Below, piece by piece: positions 38,947 to 51,570 of a stretch of DNA of 64,000 nucleotides (position 1 is its first letter; every line of letters starts with the position of its first letter). The translations under genes and the position numbers were made by a program. The notes beneath the pieces are model-generated. The model worked only from the letters and a program-made list of their open reading frames with translations, was not told the DNA's origin and searched no databases. This DNA is from Leucoraja ocellata (Eukaryota), in assembly GCA_036785375.1 (NCBI GenBank), contig JAWMAR010002945.1:1-64000 (forward strand). The letters run 5' to 3'.

Positions 38947-41900
38947 AATAGTAAGATTAAACAAGAACTTACCAGTTTGAAGTTTGATCTTTATCTTATG
39001 AGGAGGAACGTTGAGGGAATACGTGAAAGAAGCCCGCTACGACGCATGCGTGTCATCCTTCAAAGCAGCGGTGTGAGGTCACAGATACACTATAATGACC
39101 TAAAATAGTAAGATTATTAAAGAGATACCAGTTTAAGATATGACCATTCGAGGGTGGGAGCGGAGGGCACGTATTCCCTCAACGTTCCTCCTCATAAAAT
39201 AAAGATCAAACTTCAAACTGGTAAGTTCTCGTTTAATCTTACTATTTTACTTCGGAGTCACGTGAGTGACTACGTGAAAGATTTCAAAGCTCTGTGACCT
39301 CATGCCGTGGAAGCGAGTCCATGCTTCACAACTGCCTTGGTAGTTAGGGAGAAATTGTTAATTATATTCAAAACATTCATACCAATTATTTAATGGAAAT
39401 GATAAATAATATCTAATTAATTCAAATCATAACCCTGCATTCTTCAGGGATAAATTATCATACAGAACTTAAAATGTTCCCCGAAAACGTTCCCATACTG
39501 CTAACTGGTTTGTTATAACATTTCTAAAACGTTTTCTCCGACAACCATCCTGCAATCCTGAGGATTTGGTCCATGGATACATCAAGGCGTTTTGCTGCGG
39601 ATGTAGCTGCAGCCCTGGTGGAGTGATATTTAAATATGTTAGTGTCCACTCCCGCCTATCTAACCCATATTTCAGCCACCGCGAAATGGTCTGAGTTACA
39701 CTCTACGGTACAGTTTCTTACAGCTGATTAAACGCCATTTCCTTGCCTCTGATAGCCTTTGTACTTTCACTGTATAAGAAAACGTGCTTCACTATACAGA
39801 GGCGTTTATCCTCCGGGTAGGCCATCAATTCTATGACCTGCCCCGCTGATCCTGGTCTATTTTGTTTAATAATACGGTCCTGGATCACAAACCCCAAACT
39901 TCCTGCCGCCATAGTGAAGCCATCCAGTCTTACTTTTTGCAATAACTGGACCCTATGCGCTGTGACTAGTGCCATCAGCATTACCATTTCTTAGTTAGTT
40001 TATCCAGATTTAATGCTGTAGCCGGCGACCAATTCCTCAGCATGGTCCAGACCACACTTACATCCCAGATTTTGTTGTATCTTATTTTGGGTGGCTTGGT
40101 GTTAACATTGCCTCTTAAAAGTTTAACTACCAGAAGATGTGATCCCACAGACTGTCTTTCTGTTCCTTGCCACCAATAACTTGACAATGCACTTCTGGCA
40201 CTATTCACAGTGCTGTAACTAAGTCCTCCATAGTGCAGGCTGGTGAGAAACTCTAGCACCGCCGGAACATCCTTATTTCTGTGGTCCAGAAGGTTATTAT
40301 GGCAGTAATTAGTCCATTTTTAATATGACCTAAATACTGTTTTTGTGTAGACCTTCTTTGTGCTGCTGTGATCATGTCCACAGTTGTTTTTGAGAGCCCC
40401 ATGTCCCGTAGCGGGTCTTTCAGAGTCTACAACCTACTAAATCAATATTTTCTATGGCATGGATAGCTATCCTGAGTTACTGGATGCACCAGTAACTTAG
40501 GACTATGTCTTACAGTTATACATGGTTCCAGCACCATGTCCTGTACCACGGAAACCCATAGTTGGGTAAGCCAATCAGGTACGAAGAAATCCCAGATGCC
40601 GATTCCTGTTGAATTTCCCTTAGTACCCAATTGATAAGGTAGAAAAGGAGGAAATACATAAATGAAATCTTTCCCCCCCCCCCCCTAGTGCAGTGAAACA
40701 GCATATGTAGCTTCTGCCTCAGGATCTGGTACCAATGATACATACCTCGGTAACTGGTGATTTAAACCTGGATGCAAATCTAATATCCGGCCTTACATAC
40801 TTTACTGTGATTTCAGCAAATACCGTTCTATCCAACATCCATTCAGTACTTTCAATAAATTTTCGTGACCTGGTGTCTGCCACTGAATTAGTATCCCTGG
40901 TAGATACGTAGCCGATAACCAAATATTCCTTTGGACACACCATTGCCAAATTGAATTTGCCAATTCATCACAAGATGTTGATATATTTCCACCCATATGA
41001 CTTATATATGCCACCACCGAGGTATTATCTATCTACCATCTAACATGCTGCAGTTTCATTCCTGAGCAATAAGATTTTAGCCCATGAAATGCACTTAACA
41101 TTTCTAAGTACTTATACCCTTAGTGTTAAGTAGGTTAGCTTCTTGTATATTCCATCTCCCCCATAGCTCGAGATGGTATCAGTTGTGCCGTAACCAATTG
41201 CACTGGCATCTGTTTGTAATAGCACAGACGGTTTGTGAATAGGTTGTGAATACCTATTGGGTTGGAGCAATACTTAACATTGTGTTCCCACCATTGTATC
41301 TTTTATAGCTTCTATTGTTAGCTCCATTGGCCAAAAATAAATGGCCTCTATAATTTTGTGCCCATTGAAACTCTGTGGCTTCCTATTAGCAAAGTCATTA
41401 ACATATTAAATGTGTTAATGGTGTCAATTTTGACTTAAGTGAATGGACAATGAATCCCAGCTGTTCAAACAATTGTTTAGTGGCAACCACTGCCTAACAT
41501 GCCAATTCATAAGTTATTCCCACAATAAGTATATCATCCAACTATGCCATTACTCTATGATTTTGGTGTTGCGGCAATCCCAAAGCTGGTTTAAAAATTT
41601 TCTCCTGTTGGATATTGAATAGTAAGCATCTTAAAGATTAATAGTTGCCATAAAGTAGCCTGCTGAAAACTAACTCTTTAGCACTGCTAAAAGTATCCAT
41701 TTTTAAAATGAATATATTGCACAACATTGTGAAGCGTTGATAATCCATAATAATATGGCAACCCCCATCTTTCTTATTTCTAATAAATATGTGAGACAAA
41801 ATCCTGTTGTTCAGGTTTGGTTTATTCCATTACCCTTTAGTAAGCATGTATATCTGCCCGGTTTATGTTGTACTGGAGGGTTTTGTTTGCGTAGAAACTC

Positions 41901-44020
41901 TATCAGATATCCCTTAATACTGCTAAGGATATATCTGTCCATAGATATATTACACCATGCTTCCACATGAAGTTGCAATGTCCCTCCAACTTCCGTGCTC
42001 CCTATTAATGCTGGAGCCCCAGATTCACCTACCTCCATGGTTATCGGTGGTAACCAAGTTATTTTCTTGGTTTCATTCGCGGTTGTGGAGGGCCTAAAGG
42101 TTTAGGTTAGGGTAGATGCTGACGTAGAGGCTTTTGCATCTTCCACAGTGGTCGTCCCGGGCCAAACCCTAAACAGGACGCTGCTGCTGGGTACCTCTTT
42201 GTAGTATAATTACAAAAAACTACCTCTTAGGATGCACATAAGGTTTATGTCTTCCCCAGATATCCTTTGGATGCTCTAATCAGCCCCAAAGTCGAGCCTC
42301 CTCATCCAATTCTTTAACCTGTTTGGACAGGTCTCCCCCAAATAACAGGGTCTATAGCCCTTTGCTTACATAGTATAGCGAACTTAGGGTCTAGAGCTGG
42401 CTGAATGGCCCTCTTTCTAATATATTTAGTTCAAACTGCACATTGCAAAAATAGTGCAATAGCATCCTTGTGGTCACTAATTATGTCCACCTTTTCTAAC
42501 ATGCGAGCCAAAGCTGTTATGCCCGCCATGAGACCTTTCAGAATATTTTGGATTTTAATATCCCGACTCCTAACGGCCTTCCCAACATGTCTGCAAGTGC
42601 ACCTGTAACACTGGCTACATTAAGAGCACCACAATATCCCGGGGTATAAATGCCTTGCCAACACTTCAGCAAAAGTATTAGCTTGAAGTTGATGGGTGGA
42701 CATATATTCAATACTCACAGCCATCCTTCTCGAGATCATTCTCAGTGTGTTCCTGCTGGCAGTACTGGCTCATCATGTTCAGCAGGTTGTTTTATCCCAC
42801 CCTTCAATAGGGGAAGGTGGCTCCATCACCTGCTCAGATTTTACCCCGTCAGACCTTCCATACCCTCCTCAGAGGCGTCTGATATTTCATGCAGCCCTTA
42901 TGGGAAACTGCTGTGGGACTTATATTTTTTGCCCACTGTGGCTATCCTCCAACCCAGGAGCCTGCCACTGTGGAGAAATTTACTCCAGCAACCGCTCCAG
43001 CCGACTTACATGCTCTCGGGCACTAGTCGTCGCGGGTGCTTTAATATATCGGACCGCTCCTGCCGACCTTGGTGCTCTCGGGCACTAGTCGCACGCGGTT
43101 TTTCCCGCAGCCGGTCCCCATGCCTACGGGCACTGGTCGCTCCCGGCCTCCCGATATACTCATGCCGCTCACGGTCCCAGTACTCACGGGCACCTCTACC
43201 CTTTTGAGTGAAGTTTGGCACTTACTCCCTTATGGGAGATGCTGGTGCCGACATTCATTGCTGCCTGCTGCTGGTCATTAAACAGCAGCGATATCTGTGT
43301 GGCGGCGACTTCAGTTCTGTACTGACGTCCGTAGCTGGCTGCCTGCTGTTCAGAACACAGCAGCAACGACTGTGGCTCTGCCCTGACATCCGTAGCTGGC
43401 TGCCTGCTGCTCTTCAGAATACGGCAGCGACGTCTGTAAAGAAACAAAGGTAAGGAAAAATTGTTCTTACCTGTGCTGGTTCTCAGCCTGCCGTTTGGGA
43501 GGAACGTCCTTCCTCCCGCAGCCCCACGGACCCCGTAGCGTAGGTCCTTGGGCTGCTGTCCGAGATGTCGGCTGACGGCTACGGAGTACTCACGGTACTG
43601 GCCGCTCGTCCCTGTCCTTCAGCCGCTTCAATCGGCTCCAATGCTGCTAGCGACTGCATCCAACCCGGGACTTGTTGCTTCGCTTCCCGCCCGGCAGCAG
43701 TGAATCTTGCCGGTGCGGGGAGCGACGTCGGGCACAGCTGTTTCCTCTCCCGAGGATTCGCGTGCCGTCGGCTGCTGCTGGCTGCTGGCTGCCCGCTGTC
43801 TCCGCGGTTCTTCCCTCCAGCTTTCCCGCAGCTTCTTGCATTTCCTACCTGCAAGGTAAGTGGGAAAAATTTTGCAGTTTGTTACCTGCTTCTTTCCACT
43901 TACCTCTAGGGAGACGTCGTCTCCCACGTCTGACACGTTCAATGCGTGTATGCGATATGGCACGCATGCGTCGTAGCGGGCTTCTTTCACGTAGTCACTC
44001 ACGTGACTCCGAAGTAAAAT
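38947..44020 (-). mobile_element. DIRS1-like retrotransposon (copy 3, most complete, frameshifted)
   Basis: Same termini with AAT at both ends. Has RT/RNase H/MT/YR fragments plus an extra gag-side region (about 42250-42590) absent from copies 1 and 2. Confidence 0.93.
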
Positions 44021-45001
44021 TGAAACTTTCAATGAGCCTGGAGATCAAAGCCTTCAGCTGCGTAGAAAGCAGTCTGTCTGACAGGAGACATAACATTTGT
44101 CAATGTAAGATGTTGTCTATTTCACAACCCCTCCTTCTTTAAGCAAAATGGTGAGCAAATTCCTTTCAAAAATAGTTATGTGCATGGTATTAGTGTGGAT
44201 GACAGTTGTTGCAGTGTCATCAGAAATTTATAAGCCTAGTTTAACAGTGTGCAATGTTTTTGCTCTGTGAATCTTGTTTTAATCAGCAATGTGATATTGT
44301 TAAACATGTGTGTTTGCAAGATGCTCAATCCCGTCCCTTATCAGTGACAGTCGTGTAGTTCCACCATCGCGGTGTCGGGGGGAAACCACCTCCTATGAAA
44401 CCTGGCAGAGTATGGATACTCTCCATCCTGTCAAATGCTGGTATCTTCCACAAGAGACATTTTGTCTTGCTCATCCTTAGATGATTATAACCAAACACGT
44501 CCATTCCTTGCAACATTCCTTGCATTCCCTGAGTTTCTCCTTTGGACTGAGGTTTGTGTCCGGGAGGTGGGTTAATAAATCTATGGCAATTTGTGCTAAC
44601 TACGGTTTTCACCCAAAGCCAGTATAGGACAGGAGACCGGTTAGAGCCCTGGATCTTGCCTCACCAGTTTGCATTTATTATAGGGTCACCCTATTTTTTA
44701 CTGAGCCACTTTGACATTTCACACTGTTTACCTTAAACATCTCCTGCCTTTCAATCTCTGGGTGGTCCTTGTTGACTAGAGTCTGAGCATGAATAAATCT
44801 GGCCAGTGGCACTGGGATGTGAAGCAACAATGTCTGCAAATGAATGAATATACAGGCAACTAGTGGAAGGAAGAGGGAGACAGCTTGAATTGGGTATTTT
44901 CCCCACTCTGGTACACTTTGATCCCAGTAGATACCAGGGGTTGGATTTGAATCTTATAAATGGGTAGTAATAATAGAATGACAAATTCCATACGCAGCCA
45001 A

Positions 45002-45129
45002 TTACTTTATTTCACACTTTCCTGCCCAACAATGATACTGCCGGGTAGAACCATCTGAGAATGACACATTGAGATTACTCTGGTAGATGAACTTCGGCAG
45101 ACACTTCGAACAGCCGGGACATTTTCCAC
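45002..45129 (-). CDS. IgW: Short-form Cys-rich secretory tail exon (GGKCPGCSKCLPKFIYQSNLNVSFSDGSTRQYHCWAGKCEIK*)
   Basis: Acceptor TTCCAG|GT, phase 1, 5 Cys, stop at 45002-45004. Matches the skate IgX tail as I recall it. Candidate AATAAA at 44674-44679. Confidence 0.9.
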
Positions 45130-45365
45130 CTGGAAATGGAAGATTAATTGATTTAAATGTTAAGAGATTTTTACCTCCCGTGTTGAGGAAAGAGGAGATT
45201 CACATATTCCCAGTCTGTGTCCTCAGTATTTATCAGCATAAGATTATGCCGACCATGATAAACTGCTTCACTTTGTCCAGGAACAGACAATACTTTAAAG
45301 AGTGTGGAGATGAGTTCAAAAATAATCCAGGCACTGACATTTCAATGAAAGGGAAAGGGCAATCT

Positions 45366-45877
45366 ACAGGTGAGTTGGACAGTTTGGGTGAGTGGGCAGA
45401 TGCATGGCAGATACAGTTTAATGTGGATAAATGTGAGGTAACAAAAATAGGAAGGCAGATTACTATCTTAATTGGGTCAAGTTGGGAAATGGGGAAGTAC
45501 AATGGGATCTCGGGGTTCTTGCTCATCAGTCAATGAAAATAAGCATGCAGATACTGCAGGGAGTGAAGAAAGCGAATGGCATGTTGGCCTTTTAACAAGA
45601 GGAGTTGAGTATAGGAGCAAAGAAGTCCTTCTGCAGTTGTACAGGGCCCTAGTAGAGACCACACCTGGAGTATTGTGTGCAGTTTTGGTCCCCTAATGCG
45701 TGGAAGGGCATTCTTGCTATTGAGGGAGTGCAGTGTAGGTTCATCAGGTTAATTCCCTGATTGGCGGGACTGTCATGAGCTGAGAGAATGGAGCGGCTGG
45801 GCTTGTATACCCTGGAGTTTAGAAGGATGAGAGGATATCTTATTGAAACATATAAGATTATTAAGGGTTTGGACACT
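45366..45877 (+). mobile_element. CR1 internal fragment lacking its 3' end, between CH1 and the short secretory exon
   Basis: EWADAWQIQFNVDKC, LLQLYRALV, ERLGLYTLEFRRMRG..YKIIKGLD, then stops abruptly 47 bp from the CH1 donor. Confidence 0.85.
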
Positions 45878-45924
45878 TTAGTTCTATCATCAGCTTTAAA
45901 TGGACAACAAAATCTCACACTAAC

Positions 45925-46230
45925 CTTGAGGCTTCGGGAACGCCGTTATTATCATGTTGTCCGGCTTGGATCCTGCCATGCAGTAGTAGGTTTTTCTGTT
46001 CCAATCTGCTACAGAGACTCGCAGCAAGCTGCTCATTGTGTACTTGTTGTTTTGTCCCAATACTGGTAGGTACTTTGTGATTCCATTGTTGATGACCCCA
46101 CTGCTGGTGGACCATGTCTGACTGATGACCTCAGGCAGGTAGTCCTTGACCAGACAGAGGATGCTGATCTCTTAGCCAGATTCCGTGTTGCAGGAAGAGG
46201 TGATGTGGACTGAAGGCAAAACCACATCCT
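45925..46230 (-). pseudogene. IgW: IgW CH1 exon with in-frame stop (EDVVLPSVHITSSCNTESG*EISILCLVKDYLPEVISQTW...YYCMAG...PKPQ)
   Basis: 306 nt, acceptor TTTCAG|AG, donor CAAG|GTTAGT. Ig C1-set Cys/Trp/Cys present. TAA at 46172-46174. Confidence 0.92.
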
Positions 46231-47574
46231 CTGAAATGGAAATAAATTAACAGTTGGTCCTATAGTAAATGGATTATTACCAGCGCATGCAACAGGTTCA
46301 TGCTGATTGCTGAGTGAATGCAGGTGATTCAAGCTGAGAGAAGGCCAGGCAGAGCAGACAAATAGTTCATTTCCCAATCCCTTTCACACCGTGCATGACC
46401 AAGCAGTGAAATGCTGATCTCACACTGGGGAAGCAACATCTGCCAACCAGAGGGACAAACCGGCTTGTGCTCTGGGTGATGTGTCCCAGGTCAGGAACCA
46501 CATGGTATGGTGCCAGATGGACCATATCTATAACCACCGGGCCAAATGGTGCTGGATCTGGCCTGTTGTGGAACTCCTTCAATGCTGGGCCTCGGGGAGT
46601 GTTGTACAACTAAGGGATCTTGGAGAACAGCTACACAGATCCCAGGAAGTGTTGTCACAGGTAAATAGGTTGGTAAACAAAGCTATTCATGAATCAGGGA
46701 ATTGATATACAGTAACCCCTCGTTTTAACGGACCACTTTATAACAGACGGACCTGCCGACACCACCCTTGCACGCATGGTCCTTGACTGCTTAGAGCCCC
46801 GGCTTCCAACTCCATACCTGACTCGCAAGTGAGCCCTATCTTCACCCACCGTATGGTCCATGTTGCTGCTGTTGTTGCGGCTCACGGAGCCCCGAGATGA
46901 GCGCTTTCTTCAAGCTGCAGTCCTCGACAGGACGTGCTTGGTCACCATGAGGCTCCCTCCCCTCCCACCTGCTGCTGTTTCAACCTGTCGGCTCTCCACT
47001 TTGTCCACTCCCTGCTCAACCGCCATCTGCCCCTCATCCTCCTCTCGCTCTGTCAACTCAGCCTCTTCCCCCTCCCCCCTCCCCTCCTCCTTCTCCTTGG
47101 AGTCACCAACATACTGCACCTTGGAAGCAGCAGCTGGTGAGAGGAGAGGGTGCCCCATGGTGAGCATGCACCCTGTCAGTGGCCTGAAGAAAGCACTGCC
47201 AGTCAGAAGCTACATTGTGAGCCACAACCACAGCCGTGTCACCGGACCGTGCGGTGGATGAAGAAGGACTCGCTGGTGCAGAGCAGAGACAATGGCGCCT
47301 GGTTTTAAGGTGAAATAACACAAAGTGCTTGAGTAACCCAGCAGACTGAATCAGTCTGAAGAAGATTCCCCACCTCACCTATTGATGTTCTCCAGAGATG
47401 CTCCCTGACCAGTTGAATTACTCCAGCACTTTGTGTCTTTTTGTGTATTAACCAGTATCTGCATTCTTTGTTTCAACTACATATACGGGTAATACCTTTC
47501 TTGTTTAAAGCTACATTCGGCAATAATGGATGCTATCCCCCCCACACCATGGTCCGTTATAATGAGGGTTTACT

Positions 47575-48157
47575 GTTCAGAAGTTGGATGTTATACTAGA
47601 ATGTTACAAGAAATCGGTGAGGCTGAATTTGGAATACAATGTTGAGTTTTCATCAAGCTACTCTCGGAAAGATATCACTAGGCTAGAAGAGTGCTGAGAA
47701 GTTTCACAAGTATGTTGCCAGGACTCAAGGGCCTGAGCTGGAGGGAAAAGTAGGGCAGGCTCGGACTTTACTCCTTTATACCTCTAGAAGGCAGAAGAGT
47801 GATCCTATAAAGGTGTATAAAATCATGAGGGGAATAGATAGGGTGAATGCACAGTCTATTACACAGGATAGGGGAATCAAGATATAGGTGTAAGATGTGA
47901 GGAACAAGATTTAATGGGAATGTGTGGGGAACTTTCTCATACACAGGGTGGTGGATATATGGAACAGGCTGCCAGAGGAAACAGTTGAGGCAGGTACGAT
48001 AACAGCATTTAAAAGACACTTGGACAGATACATGGATAGGAAAGAATTAGAGGACATGAGGTAAACATGGGCAAGTGGGACTAGCATACATGGAACATCA
48101 GGCTGCCTTGCACAAGCTGAGCTGAAGGGCCTGTTTCCGTGCCGTATGACTCTATGT
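47575..48157 (+). mobile_element. Old CR1 3' fragment
   Basis: Degenerate homology to the CR1 3' ends elsewhere in the window. Confidence 0.65.
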
Positions 48158-48511
48158 CTCTGAGTTATTCATGGGCTGGGAAATGCTTTGAGATGTCCTG
48201 GGGTTGTGGAAACCTTCAACAAAATAAAAAAACATCAAATAAAAGTGGAAATAGTGGTTGTCAGAAACTGTACTGAAAGAGTTTGATGATAGAGCACTGA
48301 AGTGAAAGGGTGATTCTGCTTCTCTCCCCACAGATGCTGCCTGAGCTGTCTAGTGTTTCGTGCAGGAGGATCAATGATATCAGGCGGTGAGACTTGTAGC
48401 TCACAGTGTTTTCCATCCCGGGATCAGCAGGTGGTGAGTGCAGTTTAATTTGGATCAATGTTCCTAATGTGGTCAGGAGGTGGGTCAGAGACAGGAAAAC
48501 ACATCATACTA

Positions 48512-48755
48512 GCAGCTGGGGTGAGGAGCTGGGTGCTGGGGGGAGGAGCTGGGTGCTGGGGGGAGGAGCTGGGTGCTGGGGGGAGGAGCTGGGTGCTGGG
48601 GGGAGGAGCTGGGGGGAGGAGCTGGGTGCTGGGGGGAGGAGCTGGGGGGAGGAGCTGGGGGGAGGAGCTGGGTGCTGGGGTGAGGAGCTGGGGGGAGGAG
48701 CTGGGTGCTGGGGGGAGGAGCTGGGTGCTGGGGGGAGGAGCTGGGTGCTGGGGTG
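48512..48755 (+). repeat. G-rich tandem repeat (GGAGCTGGGTGCTGGGGGGA)n in the JH-CH1 intron, switch-region-like
   Basis: 20/13-bp units; 14 AGCT and 9 TGCT motifs counted in about 245 bp. Confidence 0.9.
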
Positions 48756-49664
48756 AGAAGGGGCAATAAATTGCCCATCTGGGTTGCCATCCTGGGGGCA
48801 TTTAGTGCCAATTGCGTTGCTGGGTCAGAATTAGGCTCGACTGGGTAAGGACAATTGATCTCCTCCTCTGAGGGACAGCGGGGAAATTGAGAGGTCATCA
48901 TTACTGTGGATTTGTGCACAAAATCCAGGTTACTAACAAAAGAAAATCTGACACTGGTCCAATCTGTCCCAGATTACGAACAAAGTTTAAATTCCACAGT
49001 TGTTACGGAATTAAACTGGGGTCTGATTGTAGCCTGATGCCCGTCCATTGCATCACTGTAACTGTGGTGTTTCGGACAACATTTTCCCCTCACCAGCGGT
49101 ATGCCGATTCTGCTGTGTGCAGAGTGGATCCACAGTCCCTCCTTTACAACACGGCTCTATTGTGAACATGCCTCACTGCCTGTGAAGCGCTCGGGAACAC
49201 CATGAAAGGTGCTCTGTCAATCACTGAGATTCACTGAGACACCAGCAGCCCTGGTTAATGGAACAAAGCACGTGTTGGACAAACCCAGTCTGTCGGCTGG
49301 CGGAGGAGGGCAGCAAATTAGAGCCGTGCCTCCATCTGTGAACTGGGAAAAAGCAGTTCTTTTGTGCAGCAAAACCCACGTCAAAAACACCAAGCAACTT
49401 GACTCAGAATCTAAACTATGCGCATCAGTGAATTCACAGTGAAGAATAAAAGGTATTGACTTACTAAGGATCTCTAAATGTTGAAATTCAATACAAGACG
49501 CAACGAAAACCTGGTGTACTAAACCCCACATCTACAGTAGACCATGTACAACATTCTCTCATTACTTTCAAATCATTCATTATTGTGAACCTTTGTTTTT
49601 GAACCAGCATCAATGTGTTTTACAATCTAGAGAATGTTCTGTGTTCTGAAGCATTTACACAAGG

Positions 49665-49962
49665 AGTGTTTGACAGAGCAATGTAGAGGTAGCTCAACTC
49701 TCTGTCAAACACACTGTCCCTGCACTGGGAGAGAGTGTAGAGGGAACTTTACTCAGTGACTAACCCGTACCCTGGGTGTGTGTGGAGACAGGTTGGATGG
49801 AGCCTCACTCCTTGTCTAACCTGTGCTGTCCCTTCCCTGGGAGTGTTGGGACAGGAAGATGGAACTTTGTATCTAATCTGTAGCTGACAGCACAGTGACA
49901 CGGGGAGATTTATTCTGCATTTGACTCATGCTCTGTCTGACCTGGATGTGTTTGATGGGATC
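49665..49962. repeat. Degenerate ~60-bp minisatellite (..TGTAGAGGGAACTTTACTC..CTAACC.GTGCTGTCCC..CCCTGGGAGTG..)
   Basis: About 5 imperfect tandem units. Confidence 0.6.
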
Positions 49963-50034
49963 GCTTTGCGGGAGCAGGTACTGGAGTCATAGCGTCATAG
50001 ATTAATAGTGTGGAAACAGGCAGATTAATCTCCA

Positions 50035-51300
50035 AAAGACTGGAGGGTGGCTGATACTGATGCGTAATTGAAGAAGGACATTAGGGCCAAGCCAGGGATC
50101 TACACCAGTGAGCCTGACGTCATTGGTGGGAATGTCCTTAGGGATAGGAACTACCCATATTTGGATAGACACGGACTGATTAGGGATAGTCCTAAATGTA
50201 CAAGATCTAGATCATTTGGGAGGGTGGGCCAAGGATTAGGGACAACGTGGCTTGTGTTGGGGGAATTGTGCCTCATGGACCTGATAAGGTTCAATAAGGT
50301 CTGGCATGGTGGGCTGGCGTGGAAGGTTAGATCTCATGAAACCCAACATGAACTAAATTAGCTTGGAGGAAGTGGACTACTGCAGGGGTCAGTGCAGAGA
50401 CCACTGTTGTTGGTTATCTACATTAACAGTTTGCCATACAATATAGTGGACATTGATAGTAAGTTTACAGATGACACCAAAGTCAGAGCATGAGTGGACA
50501 GTGAGAGGGATAAGTTTACAATAAGATCAAGATCAGTTGGGAAAGGGAGCCAAGGAATGCCAAATGGAATTTAACTCTGACAAGTGAGGGAGTGTTGAAC
50601 TTTGGTAGATCAAACCAGGGCTGGACTTACACAGTAAATGGTAGCGCCTGAAGAGTGTTGTAGAACAGACAGATGTGGAAATGCAGAGGCATGGTTCGCT
50701 GAGAGTGGCGAGTTAGGTGGACAGGGAGCTGAGGTGGCTTTTGGCAGACTGCCTTCGATGGGAAGGGTACTGCGTATAAAAGTTGGGACATGATGATGCA
50801 GCTGTATAAGTCATTGGTGAGACCACGCTTGGAGTAAGTACTGTGTGTAGTTCTGGTCACCCAACTACAGGATGTCATTATATTGGAAAGGACTTGGAAA
50901 AGATTCACCAAGATATTGTCTGGACATGTGACGTTCTGTTTTAGGGAGAGGGAGGATAAGGTGGTTTTTTTCCCCTTTGGGGCAAAGGACACTGGGCAGT
51001 AACGTTATTGAGGTGAACAAGATCATGAGGGGTAAGGTGCACGCTCACAGGCTTTGCCCCAGGATAGAGGTGTCTAAAACAAGAGGGCACAGGCGTAAGG
51101 TGAGTGGGGAGAGATTAAAAAGGGGACTTCAAGGGCATTTTTATTCACATTGGGTAGGCAGTATCTGGAATGAGTTGCCAGAGAAAAATATAAAAGCAGA
51201 TAGAATTACGAAAAATCCGGTATATGGATGAGAAGGACATGTGGCCAATGGGCCGAGCCCAGAAAGCCAGCTTGGTCGGCATGCACAAGATGGACTGAAG
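50035..51300 (+). mobile_element. Old, highly degenerate CR1 fragment in the J-C intron
   Basis: Remnants of KFADDTK, LYKSLVRP.LEY and KTRGH motifs. Confidence 0.7.
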
Positions 51301-51521
51301 GCAGATGATGGCGAGACTCAGGGAAAGAACAGCCTGTGGGGCAGTTCAACGTGGTGGAAAATGTACTGTTGCTGGGTAGATTCCAACTCTGGAGAATCCC
51401 GCCTGTGTCCGGGAAATCCGTTCCAAATATCACACCGAGTTCAGGTCAATTACAGAATTGGCAAAGACCATACATTAATAAAACACAACTGGGTAAAATG
51501 GAATTGAGGAATTGGTCTTAC

Positions 51522-51570
51522 CTGAAGTCACTGTCAGCGATGTTCCTGCACCCCAGTATTCAAGATTATA
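51522..51570 (-). CDS. IGHJ: JH (probably fused D-JH) segment YNLEYWGAGTSLTVTS
   Basis: WGxG motif, TVTS end, donor TCAG|GTAAGA, 49 nt. Confidence 0.95.

Noticed and set aside
45130-45365. Possible CH2 remnant (donor-like GAG|GTAAAA at about 45175)
   Set aside because: I could recognise no Ig C-domain motifs on the minus strand.
48406-48919. Gly/Trp-rich and Pro-rich ORFs
   Set aside because: Translations of the tandem repeat, open in several frames; not a gene.
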